A DNA stretch of 63,995 bases, counting the filler, from Basidiobolus ranarum (lineage: Eukaryota): the NCBI GenBank assembly GCA_040143965.1. It is 5 parts of 5 records of this genome, joined end to end, with 100 filler letters (N's around TTAATTAATTAA, not from the genome) between each part and the next. Parts side by side here need not be neighbours in the genome. Positions count along the whole stretch, not along the records: positions 1 to 12,889 come from JASJQH010007391.1; 4 more parts are not named here. One strand, given 5' to 3'. Each line of letters starts with the position of its first letter. Positions within the stretch are counted from its first letter, which is position 1. The notes beneath the pieces were generated by a model, which worked only from the letters and a program-made list of their open reading frames with translations, was not told the origin of the DNA and ran no database searches. The position numbers were made by a program, and so were the translations under genes. Shown here piece by piece: positions 1-12,989 of this stretch.

Positions 1-243
1 CAGCCTTCTTGACCTTCTTAAGCTTAGTTAAGAAGTACCAGAAACGGCTCTTAGCGACGACTTCATTAGGAGCGAAGATTCTCATTCTGAAGAGTCTGGG
101 GACGGGCTCCTTTTCGGAAGGGAGCTTACGACCGATAATCTGATATTCGTGCAACTAAAGGACAAAGAGCGTTGTGAGAAAACGGTTCATGTTGGATGAT
201 TGAGGTTGGATGTATCAATAATGCGATTACTTACTCTACCCAT
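1..243 (-). CDS. RPL20: 60S ribosomal protein eL20 (L18a/L20), 5' part, truncated at window start
   Basis: Manual translation. Exon 243-235 gives MGR, GT-AG intron 234-155, then [51 protein letters not shown], the typical eL20 N-terminus. Confidence 0.96.
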
Positions 244-532
244 GTTAAGCTTCAGTAAAACGACTGCACACTTGAAAGAGGAAGAGAAGTGTAGGCGTCA
301 AAAATTCTCATTTATTCGACTACTTTTTTTATGATCTTCAATTTTGACTGGATCATCTTTTCCTCAACATAAAATTATCCCTCTACTTATGCAGCTTAAC
401 TATAGATAACTAATCACCGGATTCCATCTATTTCCATTTATTCCCGAAAATTTCTCTTTCTGACTTGATACTTGAGTCTATTGAATTGTAAAGCTTGCCT
501 CTTTCATTCCTTTGTGAAGTACTACAATAATC

Positions 533-965
533 ATGGATTTCAGTCAATTCTCTCCTGCTGAGCGCTCCCATATGGAGCAGCTCATTCAACAAAAGCAAGT
601 AAGTAATCTTCTACTCGAACTACAATTCTTCTTCGTAATGGTTCTTGTTTTGAAAGTCAATGCTAACTGTAGTCTGTCACTTTAGATGAAGGATTTCATG
701 CGTTTGTATACTGGTCTAGTTCAAAGATGTTTTGAAACTTGCGCAGACAATATGAAAGCCACTTCCATAAATGCCGAAGAGGTAAACATTTTAGTGAGTT
801 AAAGTAGATTTTCTTCAATACTAATCCAACCATTACGGTGTATTACAGGAGACTTGTGTCAACCGTTGCATTGACAAATTCATGAAACATTCCGAACGTG
901 TCGGTCAACGTTTCGCCGAACAAAACGCATTATTGACACAACAACTTAACGATCAACACAAGTAG
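533..965 (+). CDS. TIM9: Mitochondrial intermembrane-space small Tim chaperone Tim9
   Basis: Exons 533-598, 686-781, 849-965 (92 aa): [41 protein letters not shown]...[25 protein letters not shown]. Twin CX3C motif. Confidence 0.95.
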
Positions 966-1284
966 TTCCACTTCAACTCATTTCTTAAATATGCATTCAA
1001 TCTCTTTGATAGCCTGTCATCATTATTTAGTTGAGGTCGGGTTATTCGCTTGTTAGACTCATTCCATGTACTTTTATTTCTTCACTGAGTTATTCTTTTG
1101 GAATTAAAAGTCATCTTCATATCTTGTGTGTGGGGTTTATAGATAGTACATATTTGGTCTGCATGCTTACAGAAGATGAGGAATAGGAAAAGGAAAAGGG
1201 GTTTCTAGAGGGCAGGTATGGTTGCTGGGCGATAAAGGCTGTGTTGGATTATAAAAGACTGAAGGATATGATTTATGTATAAGA

Positions 1285-2794
1285 TTATTCCCAGTCACTC
1301 CAGTCGTCTTCTTCAGCCCCACTGTCAGTCTACGTAATGATAAAAGTTAATCGATCGCATTTGAGACGAATGTTTATGCACATACATTGATACTTACCTG
1401 CTTGGATTTTTCTCTTTTGTTTCTTGGGGGCTCACTCTTCTGCTTGCCTTCTTGAACCAATTCAAAACTTTCTTCGGATTTTCTAGGAGTAGCTCCACTA
1501 CTGAGTTGAGGTGACTTACTATCCTCTGAGACTGTCTCAAGCTTCTCTTCCTTGGTCTCGTCTTTATCGGAGGAGTGTGCAGAGGTATCTTCTTTGCTAT
1601 CCTGCACCTTCTCTTCTTGTCCTTCCACTGATTCAACACTTTCTTTCTTCTGTACTTGCTCTTCTTCCTCCTCCTCTTCATCATCATCCCAGTTGAACAG
1701 TTCTTCGTCTTTGTTGATGGCAGCTGAATATGAAGAGTACAATTTAGTAGATGAGTCTAGAAAACAACAATGAATAATGTACGATACCATTGACGAGTTG
1801 TTTTCTCAGTTCCTCTTTCTCATCAATTTCAAACACACGGAAGTAGTAACGAAGCCAGAACTTCTCGTAAGGGACTTGAGTAGGAACTAGAATAAAGCAT
1901 TATTAGAGAAGAATAAAGATATGTTATCGAACTGAATATATATGCACCAATTTGTTGCATCAGCTCTTGAAGTTCAGGGTTTTCTTTCAATAAATCAGTG
2001 ATTTGATCAGTGTAATCTGCGACCTTGAAGTTCTCTGAGAATTCTTCAAACTTTTTAACATCTTCAGGGTCAGCAGCCTCTTCTGTGGTAGGGTCAGCTA
2101 AATAAGTATCTTCCTTTGAACGAATTGAGGCCAGTTGAACTTCTTTACGATCCATACTATGTATATATATTAGAGAGGGGAAAATCTAGGGCATAATGAG
2201 AGCACCACCTACATTAAAATCTTCTTGGTCGAATCATCCTCAAGTTGTTCCTCTTCAGAAGGAGCTATGGTGATTGCATCTGAAATGAGTTTAGTCAAAC
2301 CACTACCCCACCTGCTGACATATTGTTCGGCAGTCTTGGTAGATGCACCGATGATTCTAGAAGTTGTTTTCAATGCTGGTGGTAAGTTTTGAGTGTTCTC
2401 TTCGTCTTGTAAAGTGTTTTTCAGTTCTGAGAATTTTTTAGTTAAAGAGCCAAAAGTTTGAGTAGTATCAGCGGAGACCACTGAAGCGAATTCGGTCAGG
2501 TCTTTTTTATATACGTTCACCACTTCCTCAGACTTCAAATAAAGGTGAATTAATAGGCTTATTTTCAAACACCAACTTTGGATCTATTGAAAGGATTCTT
2601 ACTTGCTTTTTGGCTTTTTCGAGTGCTTTACTGATGGTTCCTCCCCAACCGAACGTATTAAACGAAGGAAAGGAAGGTCCAGAAGTTTCAGAGTATTCTT
2701 CCTTTTGTTTTCCCTTTGAATTAGGATCCTCAGAATCAGAGGCCACTTCTTCGCTTACTTCACGTAAGGTATAAAATAAGGAATCGTCCATCAT
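1285..2794 (-). CDS. BSD-domain protein (Dos2/BSDC1-like), multi-exon
   Basis: ORF pieces 2528-2794, 2209-2568, 1829-2155 and 1374-1790 are joined by GT-AG introns. Features: YKKDLTEF, LLKENPEL...VPTQVPYEKFWLRYYFRV (BSD), acidic FNWDDDEEE tract, C-terminal EEDDWSDWE*. Confidence 0.85.
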
Positions 2795-3043
2795 CTTTAT
2801 TATTCGTTTCTTGACGTTTGAAGCTGAATTCTAGGATTTAGGATTTTGGGAGGTTCACAATGTATATTTCCATGTGGGCACGTGATCTTCCATATGGTTT
2901 CCATCTAATGTCAAATAAATTAAGTTACAATGAAGGATTAAGTTTCATTGAAATAGATTTTATGAAAAGCCACTTAAAATTCTCATGATCAACAATTTTT
3001 TACGAAACTTCATTTCTTGTGAGGTTCATCGTTTCCTCCTAAT

Positions 3044-5577
3044 ATGTTGGGACAAATACGCTTGTTTAGTCGACAGGCAACACAAACTTTGTTAAGAAAC
3101 CCTTCCATTCAAAGACATGCCAGCCTCCAACACCGCGGAGTATTTGCTCGTTGGTATACGGTGAAAACTGACGGTATGTTTATTACTTAAAGGTCAGTTT
3201 TGTCAAGTTACTTATAGTACTTTGGTTTTCAAAGACCCTCAATTAGCAAAAATCAGAAATATCGGAATTATTGCTCACATAGACGCAGGTAAATGGTTTC
3301 TAGGGCGTTTAATATCAATGGAATACTCACCAAATATGTAGGTAAAACCACTTCTACCGAACGTATGTTACATTATGCTGGTATGACGAGAAAAATTGGA
3401 GGTAAATAACGAGAAGAGTTATTTCTTAGTTAAAACTGAGCAATATGTTCCTAACCATTCTTTGTAAAGACGTTGATGACGGGGATACTGTCATGGACTA
3501 TATGAAACAAGAGAAAGAACGTGGTATTACTATCACCTCGGCCGCAATTACTTTTGGTTGGAAAGACCACCGGATTAATCTTATCGATACACCCGGTCAC
3601 GTCGATTTCACTATGGAAGTGGAGAGAAGTATTAGAGTGTTAGATGGTGCTGTGACTATCATCGACGGTGTTGCTGGAGTTGAAGCACAAACAGAAACAG
3701 TTTGGACTCAGGCAGATCGCTACAAAGTGCCTAGAATCGTGTTTATTAATAAGTTGGATAGAATCGGTGCCGGTATTACCAAATCACTAAAAGATATACA
3801 GAAGAGATTAAACGGTAAACCCTTACTGTGTCAACTCCCAGTCATGGGTGATGATGGACTAGGTGGTGGCTCGGATGCTAACGGAATCAGTGGTATCGTG
3901 GATTTATTAACAATGGAGTATTTGACTTGGGATAAAGAAACTTTCGGTGCTTCAATTAAAAAAGTCGCCTTAAAGGAGAACACTATCAATGCAACCTTTT
4001 ATGAAGCTGCATGTCAAGCGCGTGTTAACCTTGTCGAAAGTTTATCTGAGATTGATGATGAGATTGTTGAGATATTCTTGGAGAATGAGGATCACATGGC
4101 TGTCTCTGACACTGACTTGAGAAAAGCCCTAAGAAGAGCCACCCTTAGTGGAAGTGGAGTGCCAGTTCTGTGTGGTGCTTCATTCAAGAATATTGGTGTT
4201 CAACCGTTAATGGACGCTGTAATTGACTATCTCCCGTCACCTGTTGATCGTCCTCTTCCTAAGGCAGTTTTGCCCAACGGTGAACTGGTTGAGATCCCCC
4301 TATTAACTAAAGGAAAACTGTGCGCTTTGGCCTTTAAGGTTATTGCCGATTCTAAAAGAGGACCCATGGTTTTTGTTCGCGTATATTCTGGTACACTTCA
4401 AAATCGCTCCACTTTATACAATAGCACGAGGAAAGGCAAAGAACGGGTCAACAAACTCTTGCAGATGTATGCTAGTGATGTTGAAGAAATCCCAAGCATC
4501 TCCGCTGGAAACATTGGAGTTATTATAGGTATGAAAGAGACTCGTACCGGAGATACCATCCTTCTGTATAATGATCGTCAAGATGGCCTTAAACTTAAAG
4601 GCGTTGAGATTCCACCACCGGTTTTCTTTTGTGCTGTTGAGCCATACTCTTCTTCAGATGAGAAATCAGTGGATGAAGCTTTAAAAAGCATTCTTTTGGA
4701 GGATCCATCTCTGCATGTTCACATCGACGAGGAAACTGGACAAAATTTGATCAGCGGTATGGGTGAGCTTCACTTGGAGATTGTAAAGGATAGACTACTA
4801 AATGACTTCAAAGTCAATGCGGAGATGGGTAAAATGCGAATTTCCTATCGTGAAACTGTCACCAGTGAATATGAAGAGGATATACTTTATGACCGCGAAA
4901 TGATGGGTAAACGTGCTCTTGCTCAAATGAAAGTATTGGTTAGCCCGCTTTCCGAAGAGGATAGTGGAAACGATGAAACGGGTAATCGAATTGATATTGA
5001 TTTAAGTGAGGGCTCCCTTCTTCAGGATTCTACCCATGAAAGTGCTGACCGAGGTAACATTTCAAAGGAGGATGTTCTAGAATCTATACGCGAGGGTATA
5101 CTTTCCGGACTATCCAGGGGACATATACTCGGGTTCCCTATGACGCGACTTCAAGTTAAAGTGCGGGATGTCCGATTGTTTGGTGGTGACACCAGTCCTG
5201 CTGCCCTTCGAGCCTGTGTTAATCAAGGCCTTACTAATGCAGTAGCCAAGTCAGATCCAGCTTTGCTGGAACCAATGATGAAAGTAGTTGTCGAGGTTGG
5301 GGAAGATCAAGTAGGAAATGTATTGGGTGACTTGACTGGGGTCCGTCGTGGCCGAGTAACCGGATTAGATGAGGACTCCGGTCAGGAGAGTACCTTAACT
5401 GCGTACAACAAGCGCTCTGTTCATGCCGAAGTACCTCTCTCCTCCATGGTCGGCTATTCCTCTGCATTAAGATCTTTGACTGCGGGCACGGCTACTTTCT
5501 CAATGCAACTTGTGGGTTATGGGTTGATGACCTCTCAGCAACAAAAGAATGTTGAGTTTGAGATCCGTGGTTATTAA
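3044..5577 (+). CDS. MEF2: Mitochondrial ribosome-releasing factor 2 (EF-G2mt)
   Basis: ATG at 3044 gives an Arg-rich presequence. Three short 5' introns. IRNIGIIAHIDAGKTT, ERGITITSAA, DTPGHVDF, NKLD and GMGELHLEI motifs; domain IV is divergent, as in EF-G2. Confidence 0.9.
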
Positions 5578-5580
5578 GTG

Positions 5581-5622
5581 ATTTAGTGAATGCTATTTAG
5601 TGAATGCTATTTAGTGAATGCT
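5581..5622. repeat. Tandem repeat (ATTTAGTGAATGCT)x3 in MEF2 3' UTR
   Basis: Three perfect 14-nt copies read directly. Confidence 0.9.
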
Positions 5623-6050
5623 ATTGACTTCATGTAATTACCTTCCACATCATTCCCTTTCCATCAATGCATACCAAAATCCCAAAATCCCAAATCAGCC
5701 ATTCTCATTTCCACCAGTGCATATCAATGCCCATAGAATAGGATATTTTCAAATGTGATATAAATGATCGGTACACTATTGATGCAACTCTTCAAGTTGG
5801 TTCATAATAATATATTCGCTCACTTCCATTCGTTCTAAATAGCTCCTTTTAACCTTAAAGCATTCCCTTTACGGAAGGTGAACTAAACTAGCCAATTGCA
5901 CCAACTACAATCAGGATGTCGGGGTTAGGCTTATGTTCCTATCAATCTTCAAAATCAGAAAAAGGTCAGATCTTCAGCCTTCCAGCTGATATTGGAGATA
6001 GGGGCTATTTATGACGAATACAATTGGTTATGCTACAATATGCATCAATA

Positions 6051-6094
6051 TGAGTCAGTTGAAAAACATGCACTTGAACCGTAATCGTGAGTCA
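6051..6094. promoter_or_regulatory. Two Gcn4/CpcA (AP-1-like) sites TGAGTCA upstream of ARO2
   Basis: Perfect TGAGTCA at 6051-6057 and 6088-6094, ~220-260 nt before the ARO2 ATG. A CACGTG also lies at 6209-6214. Confidence 0.6.
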
Positions 6095-6312
6095 CACGAA
6101 AAAAGTGGGTTTTACCAGAGTGATCGACTGCTTGCAATCGTTTATATGGCATGAAATTACTGAAACACCAGACGGAAACCATTGGTTGAAAGATTTAGTT
6201 GATTTCTCCACGTGTATAATCGTTGGCCTCAACACTGTAAAAACCGCTCTCTTTTCTCTTACAGCTCATTAATTCCGAACTTTCATTTTAACAATATACC
6301 AGCCAATTTATT

Positions 6313-7819
6313 ATGAGCACCTTCGGTTCTATATTTCGCGTTACTACCTACGGTGAATCCCACTGTAAAAGTGTTGGTTGTATCGTTGACGGTTGTCCCC
6401 CCGGTCTTGCCTTGAATGAGGACGATATTCAGAAACAATTGAGTAGAAGAAGACCTGGACAAAGTAATCTTACCACTCCTGTAAGTTAATATATACTTTC
6501 ACTTTCTTTGAGGTCTTGAAAACTGATTTCTTTTCCAGCGTGATGAAAAAGATCGTGTCGCTATTCAATCTGGTACCGAGTACGGAGTCACCCTTGGAAC
6601 TCCTATTGGCTTGATAGTCCGTAACGAGGACCAACGTCCTCATGACTACTCCGAAACTGACCTTTATCCTAGACCTAGTCATGCTGACTGGACCTATCTT
6701 GAGAAATACACTCTTAAGGCTAGTAGTGGTGGTGGTAGAGCCTCTGCTCGTGAAACTATTGGTATACTTTTTGATTAGAATCCTACTATCTTATCAACCA
6801 TAATTAAGTCTTGTTATATATATGCAGGTCGTGTTGCTGCCGGTGCCATCGCTGAAAAGTACCTTTTCCAAGCATACGGTGTGGAGATTGTTGCTTTCGT
6901 AAGCTCCACCGGACCTGTAGCTATGCCCTTTATCCAAGAACAAGCTACCACTGGAGTGTCAGCTGAATTCCTCGAATTATTGAACACTATTACTCGCGAG
7001 CAAGTAGATGCTAATCCTATTCGTTGTCCTGATTCAGCCACAGCTGACCGTATGAAAGAAGTAAACACACACTAGGCATTCTCATTTTCAAAAAGCAAAT
7101 TATCTTACTCTCTTTGGTTATTAGGAAATTTTAAAGGTCAAGGAAGAGCAAGATTCTATCGGTGGTACTGTCACCTGTGTTATTCGTAATGTTCCTACTG
7201 GCTTGGGCGAACCTTGCTTCGATAAATTGGAAGCTAAGCTTGCCCATGCTATGCTTTCTATCCCAGCAACCAAAGGATTTGAGATTGGATCAGGATTTGG
7301 TGGTGCTGCTCAAAAGGGACATATACACAACGACCCCTATGTAAAGAAGGAAGTCAATGGAAAAGTTACCCTTGGTACCTCCACCAACAACTCGGGTGGT
7401 GTTCAAGTAAGTTGTCTTTGAACCTTAGTTTATGAGGTTTGAGTTACTGATAATTATATGGTATAGGGTGGTATTTCCAATGGTGAAAATATTTATTTCC
7501 GCGTTGCTTTCAAACCTCCTGCCACTATCAGTCAAGCTCAGAACACTTCCAGCTACGATGGTGTCTCTGGTGTGTTGGCAACTCGTGGTAGACATGACCC
7601 TTGCGTAGTTCCAAGAGCTGTTCCTATCGTTGAAGCCATGGCCTCATTAGTCATTATGGAGTAAGTTTTATGGTTTCTTTTAGTATTGCATGCAATAATT
7701 TACTAATGGTAATGTCCAGTGCTGTTATGATTCAAAATTCTAGAAAGGCAGCTATCTCCCTTCTTCCCGTCATCCCCATCAACCCATCACTTAAGGGAAT
7801 TAACCCTAATCAGCAATAA
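6313..7819 (+). CDS. ARO2: Chorismate synthase
   Basis: [83 protein letters not shown] and [19 protein letters not shown] motifs. Five GT-AG introns. Confidence 0.97.
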
Positions 7820-8189
7820 TCAATTTAGCAATAGTCGATGCCATATGGAAGAAGTCATACACAACCAAACTCACAATGCCAGTTATTTTGTACAAACCTT
7901 ATCATTTTTTACTTCAACTTCTACCAATAAAAGATGATCATTAACCCTAACCCTAATTATCATCCAATTACAAGGGATGGAAATATTCTATGAAATGTGG
8001 AAGCCTAAGAGGGATATTATCGTCATGATGTATGCGATTTAATCCTGTTAAACCTGCGATAACCATCACAGTAATAGTAAAGTGCCTGCCAATTTTATTT
8101 CCATTTAGATCCAAAAAAATTCCACCGACGCCGAAAACATTTTATAACTAGTAAGAGAGTGATGAACCTCCATTATACCTTTTCTTACC

Positions 8190-8712
8190 ATGAAATATTC
8201 TTTTTTATTGTCTTTATTATACTTATGTATCACAGTTAACTACACCGCAGCTCAGTCTGCACGTACTAGTTTTCAAGTAGTTACTGAAACTGCACCAGGA
8301 GTCACTAAGACTTCTGTTGTTGCCACAGTCACTGTGATACCTACTTACAGTGATGACAGTAATGCAACACCAAGCAATGGCTCAGATAGTGGTTCAAATA
8401 ACTCTTCAAACAATGGCCATGCAGATAGTGGAAATAAACCAAGTACCAATACCACAGCCATTGCTGCCGGAGTCTCTTGCGGAGCAGCAGTATTACTCTT
8501 TTGCATTGGCTTGTTCATCTTCAGACGTTGGAAGTCCAAGGTACTGTTCTACTTTCATCGGGAATTATTTTTAATTATCTATTAACTTTCATATTTTCTA
8601 GCCTAGTCGTGGGGTTAAATTCAACCAACCTATGTCGGATAATACCTTTGCTTCCACAATTCCTTCCTCTCAAAATCAAACTGGCTTTTTGCGTGAGTTG
8701 AATGAACTGTAG
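8190..8712 (+). CDS. Single-pass membrane glycoprotein (signal peptide, Ser/Thr/Asn-rich ectodomain, TM; Mid2-like architecture)
   Basis: Signal peptide, S/T-rich stalk and TM AIAAGVSCGAAVLLFCIGLFIF-RRWK. Intron ~8541-8601. Last exon PSRGVKFNQP...GFLRELNEL*. Confidence 0.75.
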
Positions 8713-9063
8713 TAGTATTATGGAATTCACTTGTTTTCAACGTATTCCCGAGAACTTAACCAGTGTTGATATCTGAAGTTATAACTATGGTTACGTTTTT
8801 CCGTATCGACCTATCTTAAAATCTTTTCAATTTGTATACTCTTTTGTATTCCCGAATTCCCAATTATAGATCATGTATGTATATTCCAAACTTAATAAAC
8901 ATGAAGTAAGCATGACTAAAAAAGGATTAGCCGGAGAAAAATCCATTATTAATCAAGAAATACACATAATTAAAAGGGGATTTATTCATGCAGATTCGAT
9001 ATTAACAATACAACTTAGGATAAGGTATGTGCGACTGGGTTGAATGTACATTGATCAGGTGGT

Positions 9064-11104
9064 TTAAATGTCAGCTCCAAAGTCCCATATCCGAATTTCA
9101 TTATCATCACTACCAGTAACAATACGCGTGTCACTCAGTCCTACACAGCTTACCGGGCCACTATGTCCTGTAAGTGTGTGCATACATAGACCACTGGACA
9201 TATCCCATACTTTTACCGTACAATCGTGGGCACCACTAACGATTCGTAGAGTGTCGAATGCCAAACTCCAGACTCCCTCTACATGTCCAAACATTGTGCG
9301 AATACAAGCCCCTGTCTTAATCGACCAAATACGAATGGTGTTGTCAAGGGCTCCACTGATTAAGATAGGACTATCGTGAGTGTCTTCGGGGTGAGGTTGT
9401 GTGGAGTTGGCCGCAGTGGTGGAGGTTGTAACGGTGGGACGTTGTGGAGATTCGGAAGAATTATCGGAGTTCAATGAGAAAGCGAAATTAGCGTGAGAAG
9501 CCACCTGTAAGCACTGAACTTGACCGATATGTCCATTGAAGGTTCTCAAGCAAGTTTGAGTTAGCAAATCCCAATGTTTGATGGTTGTGTCATCTGAACA
9601 TGAAAATAATTGGGTTTTTTGGAAGATGGACACTTTAGTAACCCAATCACTATGTCCAGTTAAAGTGGAGCACTTTCCGGTAATAAAGTTCCATATTTTA
9701 ATTGTCCCGTCAACAGAACCACTTGCCAATGTAGAGCAATCGAAATGTAAACACACTATGCCGTCTGCATGGCCTTCGAGGGTGCGCATACACTCTCCGG
9801 TTCGATAATTCCAAATCTTGAGGGTAGCGTCCATTGATCCAGTGATCAATTTGCAACTATCGAATTGCAGTGCCCGTACACATCGACTATGTCCATTCAG
9901 TGTTCGAAGTAATTCCCCCGTTTCAATATCCCATATCTTCACTGTGTGATCGTATGAGCCAGTGATGAGATGAGTATTGTCGAATTGTAGACACATCACT
10001 CCATCTGTATGCCCTTTGAGTACTTTGGTGGTGTATTTTCCTCGACGCCAGTTTCTCTCCACTTTCAGACGCTCACAGAAGATATCTTTCCAAGGTCTAC
10101 GTTGAGGAGGAGGTTTTGGGGAATCACAAGGAACAAGGGCTGCAGATTTCGGGGGATTTTCGGATGGTTCATTCGTAGTCATCTCGGGTACAGGGAAAGG
10201 TCCTGATTCATATTCAGGACTATTCGTTTCAGCCTCAGGTTCGGTCTTTAATCGTTCTAATATCAGACCCTTATTAATATTTTCGATACAAATCATGCGG
10301 TGAACATCAACTTACTGGAGTTAGAGGCTTCTTCCTCTTCATCGTTAGAGCGTTTACTGGGGTTCTCATTAGATTGGGTGGGTTTAATGGGCGCTTTCCA
10401 TCGTTTTCTAGACTTACTATCTAGTAGTGGAAGACCCCAACCACATTTTTGACACTTCTTGTCAATGTGTTGAATACACATACGATACCATACATAGTCA
10501 TCATCCGCCAATTTCTTCCATACTTTAGACACTTGCGCAGCATGACATATAGATTTAGCGTCCAAAAAGGAGAATATTTTGAGAGAGATCTCTTTAGGTG
10601 CAACGGAAATAAAGTCAATTCTCAACAAAGGATTAAGTGCAGTAGATAAATAGGAAAGCTGTGGAAAGCAGCATTGAGTAAGGAGGCCGCCAAGGATCAT
10701 TGAGCGAACAGACTGTGGAGCTGAACCAAAGGTAGACCATACTTGACTAACTATTATTTGTAACTCTTTTGGGAGTTGGTCGAGTTGCTTTAGGGGAGAG
10801 GAAGTGGACCAATGGTTATTGAAAGTTTGCGTAGATAAAGTTGCTAACACATTCTTACCGTTTGCAACGCATTTAAAGAGGGTCCATCGACAGCACGCCT
10901 TAGATCAGGGCGATGTCGATAACATGTATATGGTTCTTTTTCACGATGTGGATTTAGGGGGTGTGCGGGATGCTGCTGTTTGTGAAATGTAGTTAAAGAA
11001 AGTTCATCGTTGAGCTCCTCTTCTTTGAAGGAGACTTTATCGCTTTGATTGCTGAGGGAGTGGTTCAAAGTAGGAACCGAATGTTCGTTAGCCTCTTTTG
11101 ACAT
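9064..11104 (-). CDS. MET30: F-box/WD40 sulfur regulator Met30/SconB
   Basis: CYRHRPDL and CCFPQLSYLS motifs, F-box RIDFISVAPKEISLKIFSFLDAKSICHAAQVS, HIDKKCQKCGWGLPLL, WKDIFCERLKVERNWRRG, then WD40 repeats. Two introns. Confidence 0.93.
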
Positions 11105-11735
11105 TCTCTAACTCAAGAGAGGTGAGATAATTCCAATTAAAAAAATAGCAAATAGTGTATATATGAGCTTTAACGTTTTAGTAGGAGGTACGAAATGGAA
11201 AGAAATTCAAAATCATTGGAACAAGTTTAAATTTGGAATTTATGGGTAAAAGAATTCGCTTCAGATCGTTATTATCTGACAATCTCAGTGTTACAAGAAT
11301 GGAGACAAATCACGCCATTTCGCAGTCTCTACCTTATGATCTCCACAATTTCCTTCAATTGGTGTCGGATGAAGTGAGCTTTTAGCACAATTATTGGTAA
11401 AAATCGCACCATTTGTTGCATGAACCGTGTGAATATTGGTAAGCATCATAATAAATGAACACAAATAAGGATGTTTCAATTCTATATAAGTAGCTTAGGT
11501 TTAGGCTATAATGAAAATACTCTAGAAAATACTCTATTTTCTTACTTTCACAGGCAGTCGGAGTTCTTACTTTCACTGGCAGTCGCAGAGCAACCAGAGG
11601 AATGAATAGCAACCAGAGGAATGAATATTATTATCTAAACTCCGCAATACCTCAGTATGTAGCACAGGGTTAGGATGAGGCAGAAACTGAGAAGTTACTT
11701 CGATATTGGTTGAATGTTTACTAGTTTCATGTACA

Positions 11736-12050
11736 TGTTGAAAATGACATAGCTTAAGCAACTATATAGTCGTATAGTTAGCTACCTAAATTTCACTGTT
11801 ATTAATCATGAGGAATTTACTGTAAATATTGAGACCAACTTGGAAGTTTGTAGATTATTTGATTTTCTCAGACTTGTCCAAAAAGTCCCCAGACTTTGTA
11901 TACATATTCCTGGGACCTTCCTGAACATAATCTATACGTTAGCTTATCTACTTCAAGACAAAGGTATAAATGTCAACTTGCACTCTACTGAAAACCATCA
12001 ATTCTCTTAGTTCCCCAAATCACTTTCAACAACTCCCGAAATACTTCAAT
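11736..12050 (+). mobile_element. Degenerate LTR copy A of a putative copia-type retrotransposon
   Basis: Begins TGTTGAAAATGACATAG, ends ...AAATACTTCAAT. Aligns by eye with the copies at 12087, 23335 and 50105 (shared GGGACCTTCC, TATAAATGTCAACT, GAAAACCATCAATT). Confidence 0.75.
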
Positions 12051-12086
12051 TTATGTGTGTGATTAGCTTGAATAAATATATCAACC

Positions 12087-12402
12087 TGTTGAAATTAACA
12101 TAGCCTAAACTTACATAGCTTAGTATTTTGTTAATCCATATCGAACTAAGATATCACGAACAATTCGATATTGAAACTTACTCAGAAGTTAGAAGATGTA
12201 TAGATTTTGAGAACTAATCCTAGAGACCCCAAAATTTATATACCAGCTCCTGAGACTTTCTTAATATATTATACATATTTGTTTGTATACCTTTTGACAA
12301 AACTATAAATATCAACTTTCCACTCAAAAAATCAATACATGAAAACCATCAATTCCTCTAGTTCGAAAAACCACTTCCAACAAACTCCCAAATACTTCAA
12401 CA
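12087..12402 (+). mobile_element. Solo LTR copy B (TGTTGAA...TTCAACA termini)
   Basis: 7-bp terminal inverted repeat with TG...CA ends and internal TATAAAT. Similar to copies A, C and D. Confidence 0.8.
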
Positions 12403-12727
12403 GTAGTGACAAGTACAAAATGTACTTACATGTATGCCAAATTAGGTTGATATCATTGTTTTACATTTGAAACCCAATTTTTACAACACACAAACCTTGA
12501 TCCACCTGCTTCAATTATGATAGTACACCTTCATATATGTTCTGCACTATTTTTGATATGTACATTCTGCTTTGCACTGATGATAATATAAATTCTATGT
12601 AGCCCAAAACTATATGCTTCATAACTAGGAATAGGAATCAACACCTGTATGTAGCTTGATCTGCACCTCCATACGCTAGAAGTCACAAACTAAGTATATT
12701 CTGATTAGGAATAGTAGATGGTATCTT

Positions 12728-12800
12728 TGTAAAATACGGAGTAACTAAGTACTAAGCTATATATGACTATATAGATGTTTAGGCTATGTCAATTTCGATA
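12728..12800 (-). mobile_element. Inverted 5' fragment of the same LTR (copy E)
   Basis: Reverse complement TATCGAAATTGACATAGCCTAAACATCTATATAGTCATATATAGCTTAGTACTTAGTTACTCC matches the first ~70 nt of copies A and D. Confidence 0.7.
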
Positions 12801-12889
12801 GATAAAATATTCTTGTGTGCACAGTTTGAAAGTCTTTCCATTTCCAATATAATGCAACCAGCTCTCATTTGAATATTCAAAATATAAGG

Positions 12890-12989
12890 NNNNNNNNNNN
12901 NNNNNNNNNNNNNNNNNNNNNNNNNNNNNNNNNTTAATTAATTAANNNNNNNNNNNNNNNNNNNNNNNNNNNNNNNNNNNNNNNNNNNN
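12890..12989. other. Artificial contig spacer N44-TTAATTAATTAA-N44
   Basis: Six-frame stop linker flanked by Ns, identical at all four junctions. Confidence 0.98.

Noticed and set aside
11589..11626. 19-nt tandem duplication (similar 11-15 nt duplications near 22526, 24572, 43503, 57143)
   Set aside because: Two-copy slippage duplications with no spacers; not CRISPR-like.
12934..12945. TTAATTAATTAA palindrome recurring every ~12.9 kb
   Set aside because: Synthetic six-frame stop linker inside N spacers, not biological periodicity.
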